From contig CM082596.2 in assembly GCA_040954595.2 (NCBI GenBank), positions 3,279,025-3,343,024 of the forward strand: a DNA stretch of 64,000 nt, given 5' to 3'. Both the position numbers and the translations under genes were made by a program. Below are positions 23,201 to 37,400 of the stretch, one piece after another. The stretch's first letter is position 1. Each line of letters begins with the position of its first letter. The notes below the pieces were generated by a model. That model was not told the origin of the DNA and made no database searches. It saw only the letters and a list, made by a program, of their open reading frames with translations. The stretch is from Balanoglossus misakiensis. Taxonomy: Eukaryota; Animalia; Hemichordata.

Positions 23201-26200
23201 CCATTCAGTGAGGTGGCATATATATTGACCTCCTGAACCCACCAATCACACTTGTGTGTGTGTCTTTCTCCCGGGCTTCTCTGACCCAATTCCCACAGAC
23301 AGACAATTAGGCCAAACCATTCTGGAGGATGGGGAGGTCTTCTCACATTCAAAAGCCAATTTACTTATATCAGTTATGATTTGAAGTGATAACTTAGAGC
23401 ATTATAATACAGACGCCATGGCAACACATTGGCAACGTATCACATTTTGTGACCTTTTTGTTAAGTAGATGTTTGCTAACAAGGAGAATGGTCATATTAT
23501 TCATTCCTGTCATTTTTCCCTTGAAATAATCACTGATCATAAATAATGGAATACTTGTAAATGCAAAAATCATAAAATGACTTTGGACAGGTTTATGGAT
23601 GGACCTGTTCTACAGTAGCTGCATTTTGCATGGTTGCCAAGCAACCAGTTAAAATACAGATGCCCACTTCGAAGCAACAGAAAACTCAAAGGAGTTCATA
23701 CCATTCAACTCTGGTAAAACAGACGCTCACATATCACGCTCGCTGTCTGTCGTGCATTTCTCAGCGCACTGTTTTTCTCATTACACCGTTTCGACTCCCA
23801 CATCCCCAGTTTCGCGGTTGCTCGAAGCTAATGGCGTTTCCACTTCCCGCTATCTGATTGGCTTGATCCCAAGGATTACACCTCGGAGGCAACACATGCA
23901 ATCAATCACTGACTTCTATAGCATTATTCCAAAATTACAAATCCCAGCAACTTAGATTTCAGTCGTGTCTTTCATGTCATGTGAGAGATATAAATTTAGT
24001 GCAGCAAATTCTGACTGTGTTTGCGCATTCAGATTATGTGAAACTCTCAATGTATTTTGGAATAAAAATAATTAGCACATGACAAATATGTTAATCGTTA
24101 TAACTGGCAGGTTAAATATATCTTTACAGCTGAGAGAAAGAAACTGCATGACATTGAAAATGCTGATGGGCTAAACATCATGCAGACATGACTCAGCAAC
24201 ATAAAAAGATATTACCATTGCACAGAAGCATGGCTGGTAATATTTGTACTATGTGTTGTGACGGTTATGGTAATATATCAAATGAACGAGTTGGGGGTCG
24301 ATCGGCAGTGCGAAAATGGCTGAACGAAGAGTGGCTTTAGGCAGGATATTCAAACTTCTCCATTGCATAGCTATAGTATACCTGAGAGAGTACGGTCGTA
24401 CATTTGCGGAAAAAATAGAGCAATGACCTAAATAGGTGTCCGGGTTGTATGTGGCCTTAGAAACAGTGTCAGGTAGCGGTCAACTCAACACTGAGGGTCG
24501 ATGACTGTGGCTGCAATAATTTGCATGTCATTCTAGTGTTTGTCAGACAATGTACAGTACAGTTAATGTAGCTCAATTTCATGATTTTGATGGAAAGGAA
24601 TTAGCTTGAAAGTTTTAAGCCATATTGTACTGCCTTTCAGCCCGATATCAACTGAATAATATTAATACATCTACTATACATGTATGTTGAAGACAATTGC
24701 ATTATGGGTGTAATTGACTCAATATAGAACCCTGCCATGATTGGATACTCGAGTTCTATAATACTCAATCATGACTAACATGTCTTCTGCACAAGATGTA
24801 TGACTGTACTTTTATTCAGCAAATTGGCAAAAGTATGATTCATACCTACCATAGGTTGTGACATAGGTCACCATGGAAACTGTGTTGTTAAATTGCATTC
24901 TTCAGTGAGTTTTTGTCTGTCTCTTGAACCTTATACCTCCCTCCCTCGACTCAATCTGAAACTTCAAATTAACGTGTTTCCCACAAGAAACTGATGTCTG
25001 AGTGTTTGCACGTGAATCAGATTGTACTTTTCGAACAAGTGTGGACAAAGTGTCAAGGCAATTATTTTTTTTTTAAAACTTGCCTGTCCATTTTTAAAAG
25101 AGATTCTGCACGTTCTCCTCACAACTTGAAAGCGATGTATTCACACTTGACGTGTTGACATAAAAGCAGTGCTTAGATGCCAACTGTGTGTCAGATGGAG
25201 TGACTGTGGCTTTAATATAAGCTTTGTTGATTGTGTGGGCTGTAAGCATTTCACAGGTTACCGACTGACAATGCAACTATTGTGTCGTTGGTGTGTTGCA
25301 AGTCAACAGAAACAAACACACTTCCACCTGTGTGTTGTGTGAACTAGTGGACATTCAATATACTACTGTATTCCTCTCTGAATGGGGCAATTGACATTTC
25401 AACACGTACATGCTCTGCGTGTATATTCTGTCGCATGGAACTTTACGTTTACTACATTGGTTTGTGATACTATGAGAAATGATATTGAAAATAAAATAAT
25501 TATAGTCTAATGGGTTAATCTACTTGCAATGGCTTGCTGGTGGAGTCAGTCTCAATGATAAAAAGAGTTCTAAGCAGTGTATGCACATTATGTCACTTTT
25601 ATTAAATGTACATAAGTTTGAGATCTACTCTGAATTGAAAATATTGTCATTTTCCTGATTGAAAATCATTACTTTTTTTCTTAATATACAGGGAGTTGTC
25701 ACCTGCATGTGCTGTTGGTTGCAGCTGACTGCCAGAGAGGAACTTCAGAAAATAATCAAGAGATGGGAAAAAAGTACAGTCGCAATTTCTGCAGTTTGCA
25801 CCTTGGAGCAAAACTGATCAGGTTTGAAGTGGATGGTCAGCTGATCGTTCTGTTAGATGCAGCTGTGATTTGATGGGAAGCGGTTACCATGGAAATGCAT
25901 TCGCAGGTATGGTTCAAATGCTCTGCATCTTCATACCTCTGTTTATTTGCAAGTTTAGTTTGAAATGGATATCTTAATTTGTGTCATCTATTGTATCATT
26001 TCCCTATAAGTTCTCCTCATCTCAGTTCCACATCTGCCACTCAATTTACCAGCTGTCATAACTGAACTCATACAGTGTACATGGGCATAAAACACTATGG
26101 TTTTGCCACAAACATTAAATTTGAAAGCAAATCTGCCCTCGTATAAAAAATATGTATTGCATGCATATATAATACTACAAATAGCATATCGCTTTACGTG

Positions 26201-26912
26201 GAACTGATGCCTGTCGAAAGCTTGTCATCGCAATTCAACATAATGATGCTATCATATGACATGATGTTATAGCCACATCATCTTTGCAGTATATCGATGT
26301 ACAGTTGTGATATTGAGGAGACCACACAAACCTTAGCTACTATAGTCATTAAATGGAAATGGCCACTGCTGTCTGGGGGAGTTTCAATATTTTCTCAGTG
26401 ACAGTATATTACTCATCGAGAGAGGCCGCTGTACTTTTAAGTGAAAACGAGAGGTCAGCGCACTTTATTAGTGGAGGTGCCAGCGTGACACACATCTGAA
26501 ACTGTGTCTTGCTTTCATGAATTTTAATCAGAGGAGAAATTATGACACTTCCATATGGCTCAGTACGATTTCCCTAGGTGAAAGCAATGTCAATTTCCAT
26601 GTTAATTACCAGTGGGGAATTTTGGGTGATATTGGCCAGAGAAATGATTATATGTTACGGCTAGGAGTGAATTTCCCCCAGAAATGGTGCAATCAACTCT
26701 TGTTAATAAGAAATCTATGATAAGATCTTGTGAACTACAATAGCGTCGAGCATCTGGCATTGATGTTTGTCAACTTCTGTTAAAATCGCCGAAATGCAGC
26801 ATTTCTGTATTTGCAGCAATAGTGCATGCACTTCAGATGAAAACTTAATATTTGGACAATTTAATGGTCATACACCTCAAGTGTTACTATAGCTTCCCTC
26901 ATTCCCAGCAGC

Positions 26913-26928
26913 GGTTGCTATAGCAACC
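26913..26928. promoter_or_regulatory. Perfect palindromic RFX X-box
   Basis: GGTTGCTATAGCAACC is a 16-bp palindrome matching the X-box consensus GTTNCYATRGNAAC. Confidence 0.55.
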
Positions 26929-29827
26929 AGTCTTCTACCTGTTCTGTCTCCTCCAGGCTTATGTAAACACTGTCTATATTGTAAGACACAGTAAACCTTA
27001 GGACTGAAAAATAAACCATTTTCTGAAGCAGTGATATCTAGAAAGTCATCTTTACTTTTCAAGATACTCTACAATCACTTTTGCACACACTGGTTCTCAT
27101 AAATACTGAGAAAAATATGAAACGTCACAAATATAAATAGTAAATGTAGTTGGTATTTTACGCTATCGTTTTTGAACCCTGCTTTTTGTCAGACACTGGG
27201 TTAATTGCCTCATTGGAAAATTGTCTCTGGCTCTGAGCCAATGTCGTATCCTGTCTGCTATATCCCACGTGCCTTCCTCATTGATGTTGCCCAGCGTGTG
27301 AAAAGTGCATGTACCAGTGAATATTCTTCCAAATCTTAAATTCATAAATTTATTAACACAGGTGTCGGATTCAGTTGGAATTATCAAACCAGCACAACAA
27401 CAGTTTCAAGTGCATCATTATGCAATTGCCTTCATGCAGTCTAGTGTGATACTTCTTGCATAAGTCCTCCATATGTCCTGCTGGAGGCAATATGATTTTG
27501 CCAGGCGGCCTCTTATAAAAGAGCGCCACCAATGCATCCAGCGTATAGCTGGCTGCCTGTGGTGATACAGTGTGTATCTGCAAGCAGCATGGGTCCAATT
27601 CACTCTGTGCTCAACTGTGGGGCAAGGTTGCTGATCGCGACATATTCTGCACGATTGGTCGATCGTAGTCCATCATAACTTTGGCTTGTGGGTTTTAAGA
27701 TTCTCGTTTTATTAAGTGCAACACTATATCCATGTTAAAACATGGGATCACGTTGCTGGTTGAGGAAATATGATGCAACTGAATGTTTCAGTACGTGAAA
27801 AAATGCTGAGTTTGCAATTATTCACCAGTGGTTTTATCTGCGGAAACAATTTTGATGAAGCTTAATTGCCTGAAAATTAAGCATTGCATTGCCAATAAAA
27901 TTCTACTGAACAATTTTATTTCAGGAACAGGAGATTAATTTTGAGGTTTGATAATTCTTGCATTTGATAAAGAAATCTGCAGTGTACAGATCAAATATCG
28001 CATATACTGCAATGTTGTTGTCACTGCAGGTTACAGGATATTAGAATATTAGATATTAGTAAATTCTCATAATTGAATCACTGAACATTTCTTGCAATGC
28101 AACGTGTCAGAAGTGAAATGTGTGTCATAGTCTGCAGTATGAATGTGACCTAGTTCACAGACATTGATGTACACGTTGAAGGAATTCGTACACGGTGACT
28201 TTGAAGATTTCAAGGCCACCACACAGTGTCGCCTAATCACACACATCTGCCTTTGTAATTGGCCTTGAAATTAGACACTTGCCCTCCCCAAAATTCCAAT
28301 GTGTGTTGAATTTGCAGAGTTTGGGCGGAGGGGGTTTGTTTTATTTTTGTGGGCTACCCTGGTATGTGCCCGAGTGAACTTTGACCTTCTAGTCACATAA
28401 AACAAGGCCGTGTATACAAGATGGAAAATGTGCAGAATTCCCAGGAATTGTTTATTGGACGTAAAATGTTGTAAGGCCTCAGAGTATTTACTGTCACAAC
28501 AGGTGTTTGGGATTTAGATGGCTGCCATTCTCTGTGATGAATTGCGATGCGACCTCGAGTTGACCTTGATGTGTTGGAGCTGCATCAGCTGTGAAGCATT
28601 AACAGTTGTCAGACTGAAATGAGATGTTTGTTTATACAGCTAAGGATCCTGAGAAAATAACTCTTCAAGAAATACTGAACAGAACTTGATAACCACCTTG
28701 CCTCCCCCTGTGTATGTGAAGTAGTCCAAGTCTTCCCCTGTTGAAATATTAATGAGATCAGCCACAGAGTTACAGGGCGATGTGACGAGAATAGTTTAAA
28801 AATATTATTTGATACAGTGAAAAAAATATATTAAAAGATTATTGTTATTATCACTCTGTGATGAAGGCAAACAGACATGCAAAAATTAGAAAATTTTACC
28901 TGGATTCAATTGGACCTACATTGTTTGAGTGCAACTTTTGCCAAAGTAAACGTAATTTGTAAATTACTGAGTATATTTTACGAAGGTTAAAGAGGAACAC
29001 CTGTATCTTGAAATCAAAGACGGTCAGTGGGAGTCTGCATGAACAGGTGAACAAATAGCCAAAATGAATGGGTAACTTGAGAAGTCACTGTTCTAGAGTT
29101 TCTGTGTGCATGTTGTACTTTAGTTTGGACCTGCATTCATCTCAAATGGCAGCGATCAACGATTTACGGGAACCCTGGCTAAGGGCTGTACAAACACATG
29201 GTGGGCGTAAATAAACACTGAGCTCAAGGAACACCCAACATATTATAAATATGTTGTAGAGCCCACTGGTATGCATTTTACAGGCAGTTTCTCAAGAGCG
29301 TGGATTGTTGCTAGTGTTAAGGTGAAAAAAATGGTCGACACAATTTCAAGATCTCTTGAATACTACAGTGAGTTGTCGACCTTTTACCCAGAATGCAACT
29401 ACTGTATTATAATGTGATTTGACCCCTATCATGAAGTAAAGACAGAATTACATCTGATATCATGCGCTGCAGAAGTGCTATAAAAGTCTGCATGTGCAGA
29501 TCGTGAGCTGAGCTGATAACGACTAAACAATATATCAGCATGAGGAGCAGCATCAATAATGCATCAAGGGAAACAAAAATAGCCAAAACGATGTCATCAA
29601 GTTAACCTTTTAAGAAGTTTTCCTACTCAGGAAATGAGATCTCTCCATTATCATTCAGTATACGTGTTAACAATTGGGTCACCAGACACATTCTCATTGT
29701 CTATTCGAATAGCTTGCGGAATTGATAAAAACTGACCTATATTCAGTTAAAGATAGCCATCCCATCGGGTAAAACAGTGTTTGAGTACCAGGAAATACAG
29801 AATAACCATTATCAGTTATGTACCTAT

Positions 29828-30075
29828 TAAAGTTAGGTATTACAAAATGCAAGGAAAAAGCTTCAATGAGAGCTAAAATCATCTCAAATTTTAAATTCAA
29901 AATGGCCGCCATTCTCTGTATACCGGTAGTCATTTTTATGAAAACAAGATGGTGCATGAACACCATGTTTTCTTCTTTAATTTCAAAAAGAAACCTCACA
30001 CTCTTTAATACAGCAAAGGTTTTTAAAGAACTGTAATTTGAAAAAAAATCTGTTCCAGAGGTTCATACTACCTTA
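29828..30075. mobile_element. Degenerate DNA-transposon (MITE) remnant, possibly Kolobok-like
   Basis: Bounded by TTAAAGTTAGGTATT and ATACTACCTTAA (weak inverted termini with TTAA). It contains TTCAAAATGGCCGCCAT, a word common in invertebrate MITEs. Confidence 0.35.
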
Positions 30076-33000
30076 AACCTCAAGAAGAACTCAAATACTG
30101 AGGCACTGGAATGCTGGTGACCTAGATTGCAGATATTTAGGTCACACATTATCAGTTAAACAATTAAATTCCTTTCTGACAAGTCAAATAAATCATGAGC
30201 CAATAATTCATCCGGTTGGCTCCACTTGAGCAACCCCATTTGCACAACATCAAATTGTTGATAAGATAGAAGCAGAAATAGGTCCCTCATTGATTCATTC
30301 ATTGTTTTATTTTCTCTCTCTATCACAAATATAGTAAACTGTTGGACCTTTCAACTGGATGATGATAAAGTACAAATTGTTTTAGCTGTGGTTCACGATT
30401 TGTCTCGCCACAGGCCTTTGTTACGTGACATCCTACACACATTCCCTTGTGATAAAGGGATTAATTCTGCCCAACTAACCATCCAAACCCTTACACTTGT
30501 CTCTTATCTTACAGATACGTGCAATCTCTCTCACCACCTATGGACTGCGACAAGTGTTGAAATGTGGTCAGCATGAAATCAGTTTGACGTTAATTTATTT
30601 GGACAAGGAAATCAGTAAAAATAACTTGGCACTCAGTCTGTGCTTTATACAAGCTTGGTAAGAGATTGGAAACATTTTCTCCGTACTGAGTGATGTGGCT
30701 GTCAGATTTGTTTTCCTCTTCAAGGGATGAAACCCGTCAAAATTGACTTTTTCCCCTCAACATTAATAAAAACCTTATCTTTAAAGTGAGCAAATTATGA
30801 GAATGGTTTTATCTCAACTCAGATCATTTTCCTGTTTAAATTTTTATGATTTCCGCCAATCACTAGACTGTGACTATAATATTACATCACAGTAATCAGT
30901 TTCTGTGTTGAAAGAAAGAAGTCAGAATTCTCTCTCCCCACTTTGTGTACTCTTAAGCCCTTAATCCTAATCCTTTCTGCTTGTGAAAAAAACAACTTTC
31001 ATGAGTTGAATTACATCAAGTCATATTGATGTTACTATAAAAAATACTTCATCTGTTTATCTCTGTTCCAGAGTCTTACACCTAGTACATCTGTCAGCCA
31101 TCTGAAATCGATTCCTGTATGGTGATAATCAAGAAGATGCTGTCTTCATCATTTCTGCATCCAGAGGTGGGTGAGACACTTTAGGTGAACTCTTGATCGA
31201 TATAAAGTCAGAGCTGACCCACTTTGTCGATAATCCTCAAAGTGGTTGTTCTGAAAGTACAAGGCTTAGACACATGAGGGGATTTTGTGAACTAACTTTT
31301 CGGAAAGCAGGTTGTTTGAAAAGGGGAAAGCCCTTCAGGTTTTCCAGGTCTTTGATTCACATGCATTGCTTTGTATCATCATCCAAGAACTTGCAGGAAT
31401 TGCAACCAATTCCAAGAAAATCAAAAGTCTCTTTCTCCAGTAGACTTAGTGAGATCAGCAATGAGTTTCTAGTGTTGGTAAAAGATTTGATTCTCCGACA
31501 TCCCAAAATAATTATGATTTCTTTCCCCCTCTTTAGCTATGTTGAAAGGAGAAGTATTTTGAAGTTACCTCGCATGTATACAATCAAGATCAGTTCTAGA
31601 TTTGATACCCAAAGGTAAGTTAAAGTACTAGATACTGTTTTGGTTTTGATAATTTATTTATTCGATTTTGTGAAAAGCTTTGTCAAACTTACATTGTGTT
31701 TTGGAATCAATGGAAAAAAAGATGATGATGTATGGGCAGGTAGGTACATTTGTAACAATTTGCCCCGAGACAGATCAATAGGAGTGATTCATGTCAGCCC
31801 CATATTATATTGATTTTGAGAGTATACAATGTACAGTGTATATCACCTTGACTTTCCAGACCATTGAAATTATAGACATCAAACTTTCATATGTATGAAA
31901 GATTAAACCCTGTGGGCGGAGAGAGTTTTCGCTGCAGCAAGCATGGAAACACATTGTACCCTAAGGTTAAAGTTACTTATATGAGTATAAGCCGGTGAAT
32001 TACAACTCGGCTTTGATATATTCAATTCACATGAACAACACAACCTGGGAGTCAAATTGTGACTTAGTTATTGCAGCTATTAATTCGGGGTATTCAATTT
32101 CCAATTACTTAAAGTCGAAGGTGGCCTTTATTTCATATCTGATGGTCTGTAAATTCCCTGTCCACAAGCCGGTCTGACCCACTTTCTCGTTTTAAAGCTG
32201 GTTTGTATATGAAACCCTGGAGCATTATTGCCACCATGTCAGGTTGTGTTTATCACATGCTGGTGTGGTGTTAACCTGCCCCAGTCAACTCGGATCTCTT
32301 GCACGCTACAGCCCCTCCCAAGACAACAAATCCAGATTGATTTCGATCTTTTCCCAGTGTCTGAACGCAGGTGCATCAAATCAAATCATACTGCAAAACA
32401 TGTGTTCCATTTGTGAAAAGAATTTCAGATACCGCATCAGAAACCAGATCTTGCAAGTGTAGAGTGACTGTACCGGTATATACAAGAGATTCAGTAAATA
32501 TGGGTCTTATTAAAGGGACAATATGTTGTATTAAAGGGACAATGCATGAGCACAATTCAGTAACTTTTCTCTTTAACTTGTTCTGTGTATCAACTACCAC
32601 TTCATTCATCCTCTACCTTCTAAAACACGATGAAACTCACAACTTACATGAAAAATGGAAAAACATTCTAAAACAAACTTTCAGACTTCCATTTCTTTAA
32701 GGCGGACAGGGAGCATACATGTATGATGTCACAGTGTCATGCACATATCCTTAAAAAGTACAGTAGCACCCACGCACACTAAACCTCTCATCTTTGCCGG
32801 ACTTAAAGTGGCATACCAGCAGCTATGCACGTATGTTTGCACCCAGTTAATTTGGTAACTGCAAACACTCGGTGAAATACTATGCTCCTTCTGACACCGG
32901 GACTACTGTCAAGGTCATAGGTCGCCACACAAGACTCTCAATCAATGTCATGTCGGTGTAACCATGGAAGCTTGTATATTGCCAATTAACCTACCCGCAT

Positions 33001-34427
33001 GTCCACACATACATGCATGGTGGACGCATTACTATGCAGTCTGTCATGACCTATACTTCACCTTTAACTCTGCATCTGTATTTTTTATGCATTATTGCAA
33101 AAAATGGCGGTACACGTACATTAAATCTAAACATGAGTATTATTGACAATTTTTGAGTCAATAATTGTAAGTCACTTTAGACTCAACATAGTAAATTTCA
33201 AGACCTTTTATTTTGAGATGTTGACGTGATGTGGCTATAGCTCCTAGGTCCTTGACACACATATAGATATGCGTCCAATGAATAGTTTGGTTGTGTTGAA
33301 AGCCTAAGCAGCTAGTATACACATGTATATGAGGCATTGGAAATTTATTGACCAATATCATCCATCTGATATTAATTACATTCAAAGTACATTTGAAGTG
33401 TATTGACCTGAAATTCAAGGATAAAATAAGCATGATATCACAGGAATATAACAAAAACATTATGAAATGAAATGTCATGTACAAACTGGTATTTGAAACT
33501 CAATTACACATTTTTGTCTTCAAAAGAACAATATGGCAAATACTTTTCTGTGTGCGACTCCTGTTTGCCACAAAGCACTGCATTTTTGCATGTGTGTCTT
33601 TGACCTACATTTTTCCCTCTGGGATATATACTTGTAGCTACATATCGGGCTTTACTGTGTCAAACTGACCTCAAGAATTTCCTTTGTGTATTTGCACACA
33701 TTGTTCAGACGTATTTTAATAGCATGTGTTCAATATGATTCCTGAGAGAAATCTCAAGAAGTGAAAAGAGAACTTGACAATAGGGCTTTAATTAGTATCC
33801 GTGACCCTATGAGGTGGTCAAGCTGACTTCTAAGAAGTTGGATCTTTCATGACCACAGTCAGCACAATGCCAAACCAAACATCCCATTGTAGTCTATCAA
33901 TACAGTGGGATGATTTTGATGCTGAGTGCATAGACATAAACTTTTCATTGCATTCTTGTGCAGTGAATAAGTAACTTTTAGCTCATGAAGAACATGAACA
34001 AAAAAGAAAAATATGTCACTGCGGCAGTGTGATTTCTTTGAAGTTTCAGGATTACAGTATATGCTTTGTTTGGCAGAGGTCATCATCCGCTGGGATAATC
34101 CCTTTCATTAAAGATGAAACGTCTTTCGACAGTGGACCCTTTCAGAATTTGACCATTCACTGGACTCCTCAAGACAGTTGACTTTTAATAATACCGCAAA
34201 ATTGGGGATGGGTGGAAGAATACACAGATAAACCTTGTAACAGGTCTTGACAAGTCCGCTTTACGTGACAATGCGGTGCGATTCATACTCAATGGTCTTG
34301 TTCAAATGTGGTTGAATCAACACTGCTGATGTATAGTCAGCTTGGACATATGTCGCCCACACAACGGATCCTCTTCAATGTAGTGATTACAGTCCACCGC
34401 TACCGGCACAGACTTGTGTGTACTTGT

Positions 34428-34440
34428 GTTGCTAGGCAAC
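34428..34440. promoter_or_regulatory. RFX X-box
   Basis: GTTGCTAGGCAAC, a canonical 13-bp X-box. Confidence 0.5.
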
Positions 34441-37400
34441 CAAACTGCCCATTGAGGTGGCAGTTGCAAGCCAAAGACTTTCAAGGTTGGAGAAAAAATC
34501 CCTAAAGTGTTGCAATACTCTGCATGCAGTTGAGGGGGCTACACTGTCATGCTGACAATTCGACGCATTTGGCAATTCCTAGCAACATGAAGCTATTATC
34601 GAGCTTTTCTGAAAAATATGGAATCTTCACAACTTGGTGTTAAACATTACTGGAATACTTATCTTTGATTGCTTCAGGTTGAAGTCGTGAGGATTCGGTG
34701 CATGTAGGTGATAGCTCAACATAATGATGTTTAAAAAGGTCAAAGAACTCTGATTGTGAGAATGTTAAAAAGTGAAGAACGTGTGTATAAAAATTGTTCT
34801 GAGTATCCAGAAATGCAGCGTAAAAATATTACACAACCAATAGTTTATCGTTTTTTTGAGACCTGACCAGGTGCAAATGATGCTCTTTATTGGGTGTAAA
34901 TTACATTCAGTATATAACTGTTTATAACCACATCTGATATTCCAATGTACATGGGCGATATAAGTCTTCCAAGTTCTTGGCCAATAACAGAGCTTACTGG
35001 TACGATGATCTGAGCTTCTTAATTATAACCATGCAACATTGCTTGGTGGACATGCCCACACATGCATGTAACTGTTTGTACGACTATTGAACCCGACAGA
35101 TGTTAATTCAGGACACGTCAATGGGCATACTTCATTAGCAAACATCCATCAGTCGTCGATTTTAAGCCTCAGATGTTGTTCTTGAGAACTGAAAGGCATT
35201 ACCTTGAATAGAAAAGGAACCTTGACATATGCGAGGAGCTCGCAAATATGCACTCACTGTTTGCATGAATTTGCTCTGAAGCACAGTTCAGTGTCAATCC
35301 ATGTATTAAGAAAAAAGGTTTCCAATAATTTTGAATAAACACGCTTTTCTCCCCTGTTTATTAAAGAACCGTCTACCGGTATAAACCAAACCTTTCTGCT
35401 TAGCATTCTCCTCAATCGTATCGCTCTCAAGTCCAGACAGGTTTTTACTCGAGTGGTCTCTTATAGCTGTCTCCCACTTTTTGAAATACAATATCAAGAC
35501 AACAAAGTTTGTCAAGTGCTTTAATCTCTCGGCATTTCACGGTCTTTGTCGGTGCACAAGTACTTCACAAAGTAGGCAACCGATCTCATTTAAAACGACG
35601 GGGCTTTTGTATAAGGCTCCTCAACTCTGGAATAAATAATGAATTACTCTGCCTATTTATTGCTGTCAATATTTTTTTTCATCGGCCATGACCATACATT
35701 GAACCAGGTGTATAATCCATTAACTACATGTGTGGAATAAAATCAGTTTGAACACTATGCCCCCCCCCCCCTCAACCAAATAATTTCTGGTGAAAATTTA
35801 TCAATAACTTTGTACATTGATATGATGCATCTCTGTTTGTTACATTCCTTCTTGCAAAAGAAAACAATTCCTGAAAGTGTCTTGTGGTGAGAGTACAAAA
35901 GTTGCACGTTCACACACAGTTGTTTTTAAATATTCCATCAGAAGGGCATTGATGACCATGTGTTGTTTTCTCCTGAATTGCAGGCATTGACGGTGCAAGA
36001 TATACTATCAAAATTGATCAAATGGCTATTAAAAAAGATATGTTTTACAGTATTTTGTAATCATCAATGCAAAGTTTAATGAACAATGACGCAGATAATT
36101 ATTTTGGTCCGAAAATCACAGTATGTCACCACATTTCATCTGACATGACTGTGCTATATACTTTCCAAATGCAGAATTCTTAACTGCTGCATTGAAGGAT
36201 GTTCAAAAAATGCTGAGTCATCACTTTTTGAGGTCACAGATTTCATGTCACACCGTGGGCTGTGTGATCTATCGTCACCCCAGTGTTGATTCATGCCTAG
36301 TGTGTAATATCAAACAATTTCCAATCAGCCAGTATCAGACCACATCCAGCGGTATCAGTTACTTTCAAAACAAAAACCGGGCCCCACCCTCTTGAGAAAT
36401 TATAAACACTACCCCGATTTACTTGTGGAGAGGGCTGGTCAAGATCTCACTGCTGGAAATCTGACCCCTGTAAATATGTAGGTCACCTCCCAGGGTAAGC
36501 GAAACAACACAGCGCTCCTTTCATTCCGTATGACCCGGCTGTTTCCCCTGGCCAGCTTTTAAAGGAAGATTGGGGGTCAAAGGTTACCCGGGTCTGTGGT
36601 TTTAAATACCCACTGTAGTCACAATCTGCAGAGTTCTCAGGCTTTTAACATTCCACTTCAGCGGTACGCAACAATTCAGACGTTACGTAAAGTTCAAAAA
36701 ATTTCTGCTAAAGCAAGTTAACTTTGAACAGCCTCCCTTGTTTATAACACAATCTAGTTTTTGTGTCGTTTTTTAGTCAATTATATATGTGGGTTTTATT
36801 TTTTAGTTCAACTACTACGTGCATGGAATCATGCATCTCCCAGAATGCCTCTCATTTCAGCCACAGTACGGTACATACTGAGCATAAAACCAAAGGCAAC
36901 TTTCAAGCTTTGACTTATATTTTGTGGAGTTCTGTAACGGCATGTTCTTTACAAGGGACTTGTTGTAACTTGCTTAATTCAAACAACTGAATCTTTTGAA
37001 CAGAGAAGATGTTGTCTTGAATGTTTCAAGGTTGAGTCTGCATCTACATGTAATATGTAGATTACCGAAAATAATCTGCTAAAGTGAGTTCTCACGTGGC
37101 TTGTAAAGAAAAAGTATGTTTGGCCAATCAGATACTACTTTGCATATTCTCAAGACCCCACTTAGAAGTTTTAGGACATGCATGTTCATGTATTGTGAAC
37201 AGACATCCTGTACGCACAAGGACAATTGCAACACATCACAAGCACCTGTGAAACGCCTATATACATGAATTCATCTGATATATTGCTTGTAACGATGCAT
37301 CTGAGATCCTCAGCCAAGGGTCATAGAATGGTGAGGGACAGTATATATTTTTTAATTCAGTGGGCAACTGACCTAATCTCAAAGCAGTTGTATTCTGTGT

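Noticed and set aside
31193-31618. 141-aa plus-strand ORF as a protein-coding gene
   Set aside because: It has a non-ATG start, no recognisable domain and no in-phase partner exons.
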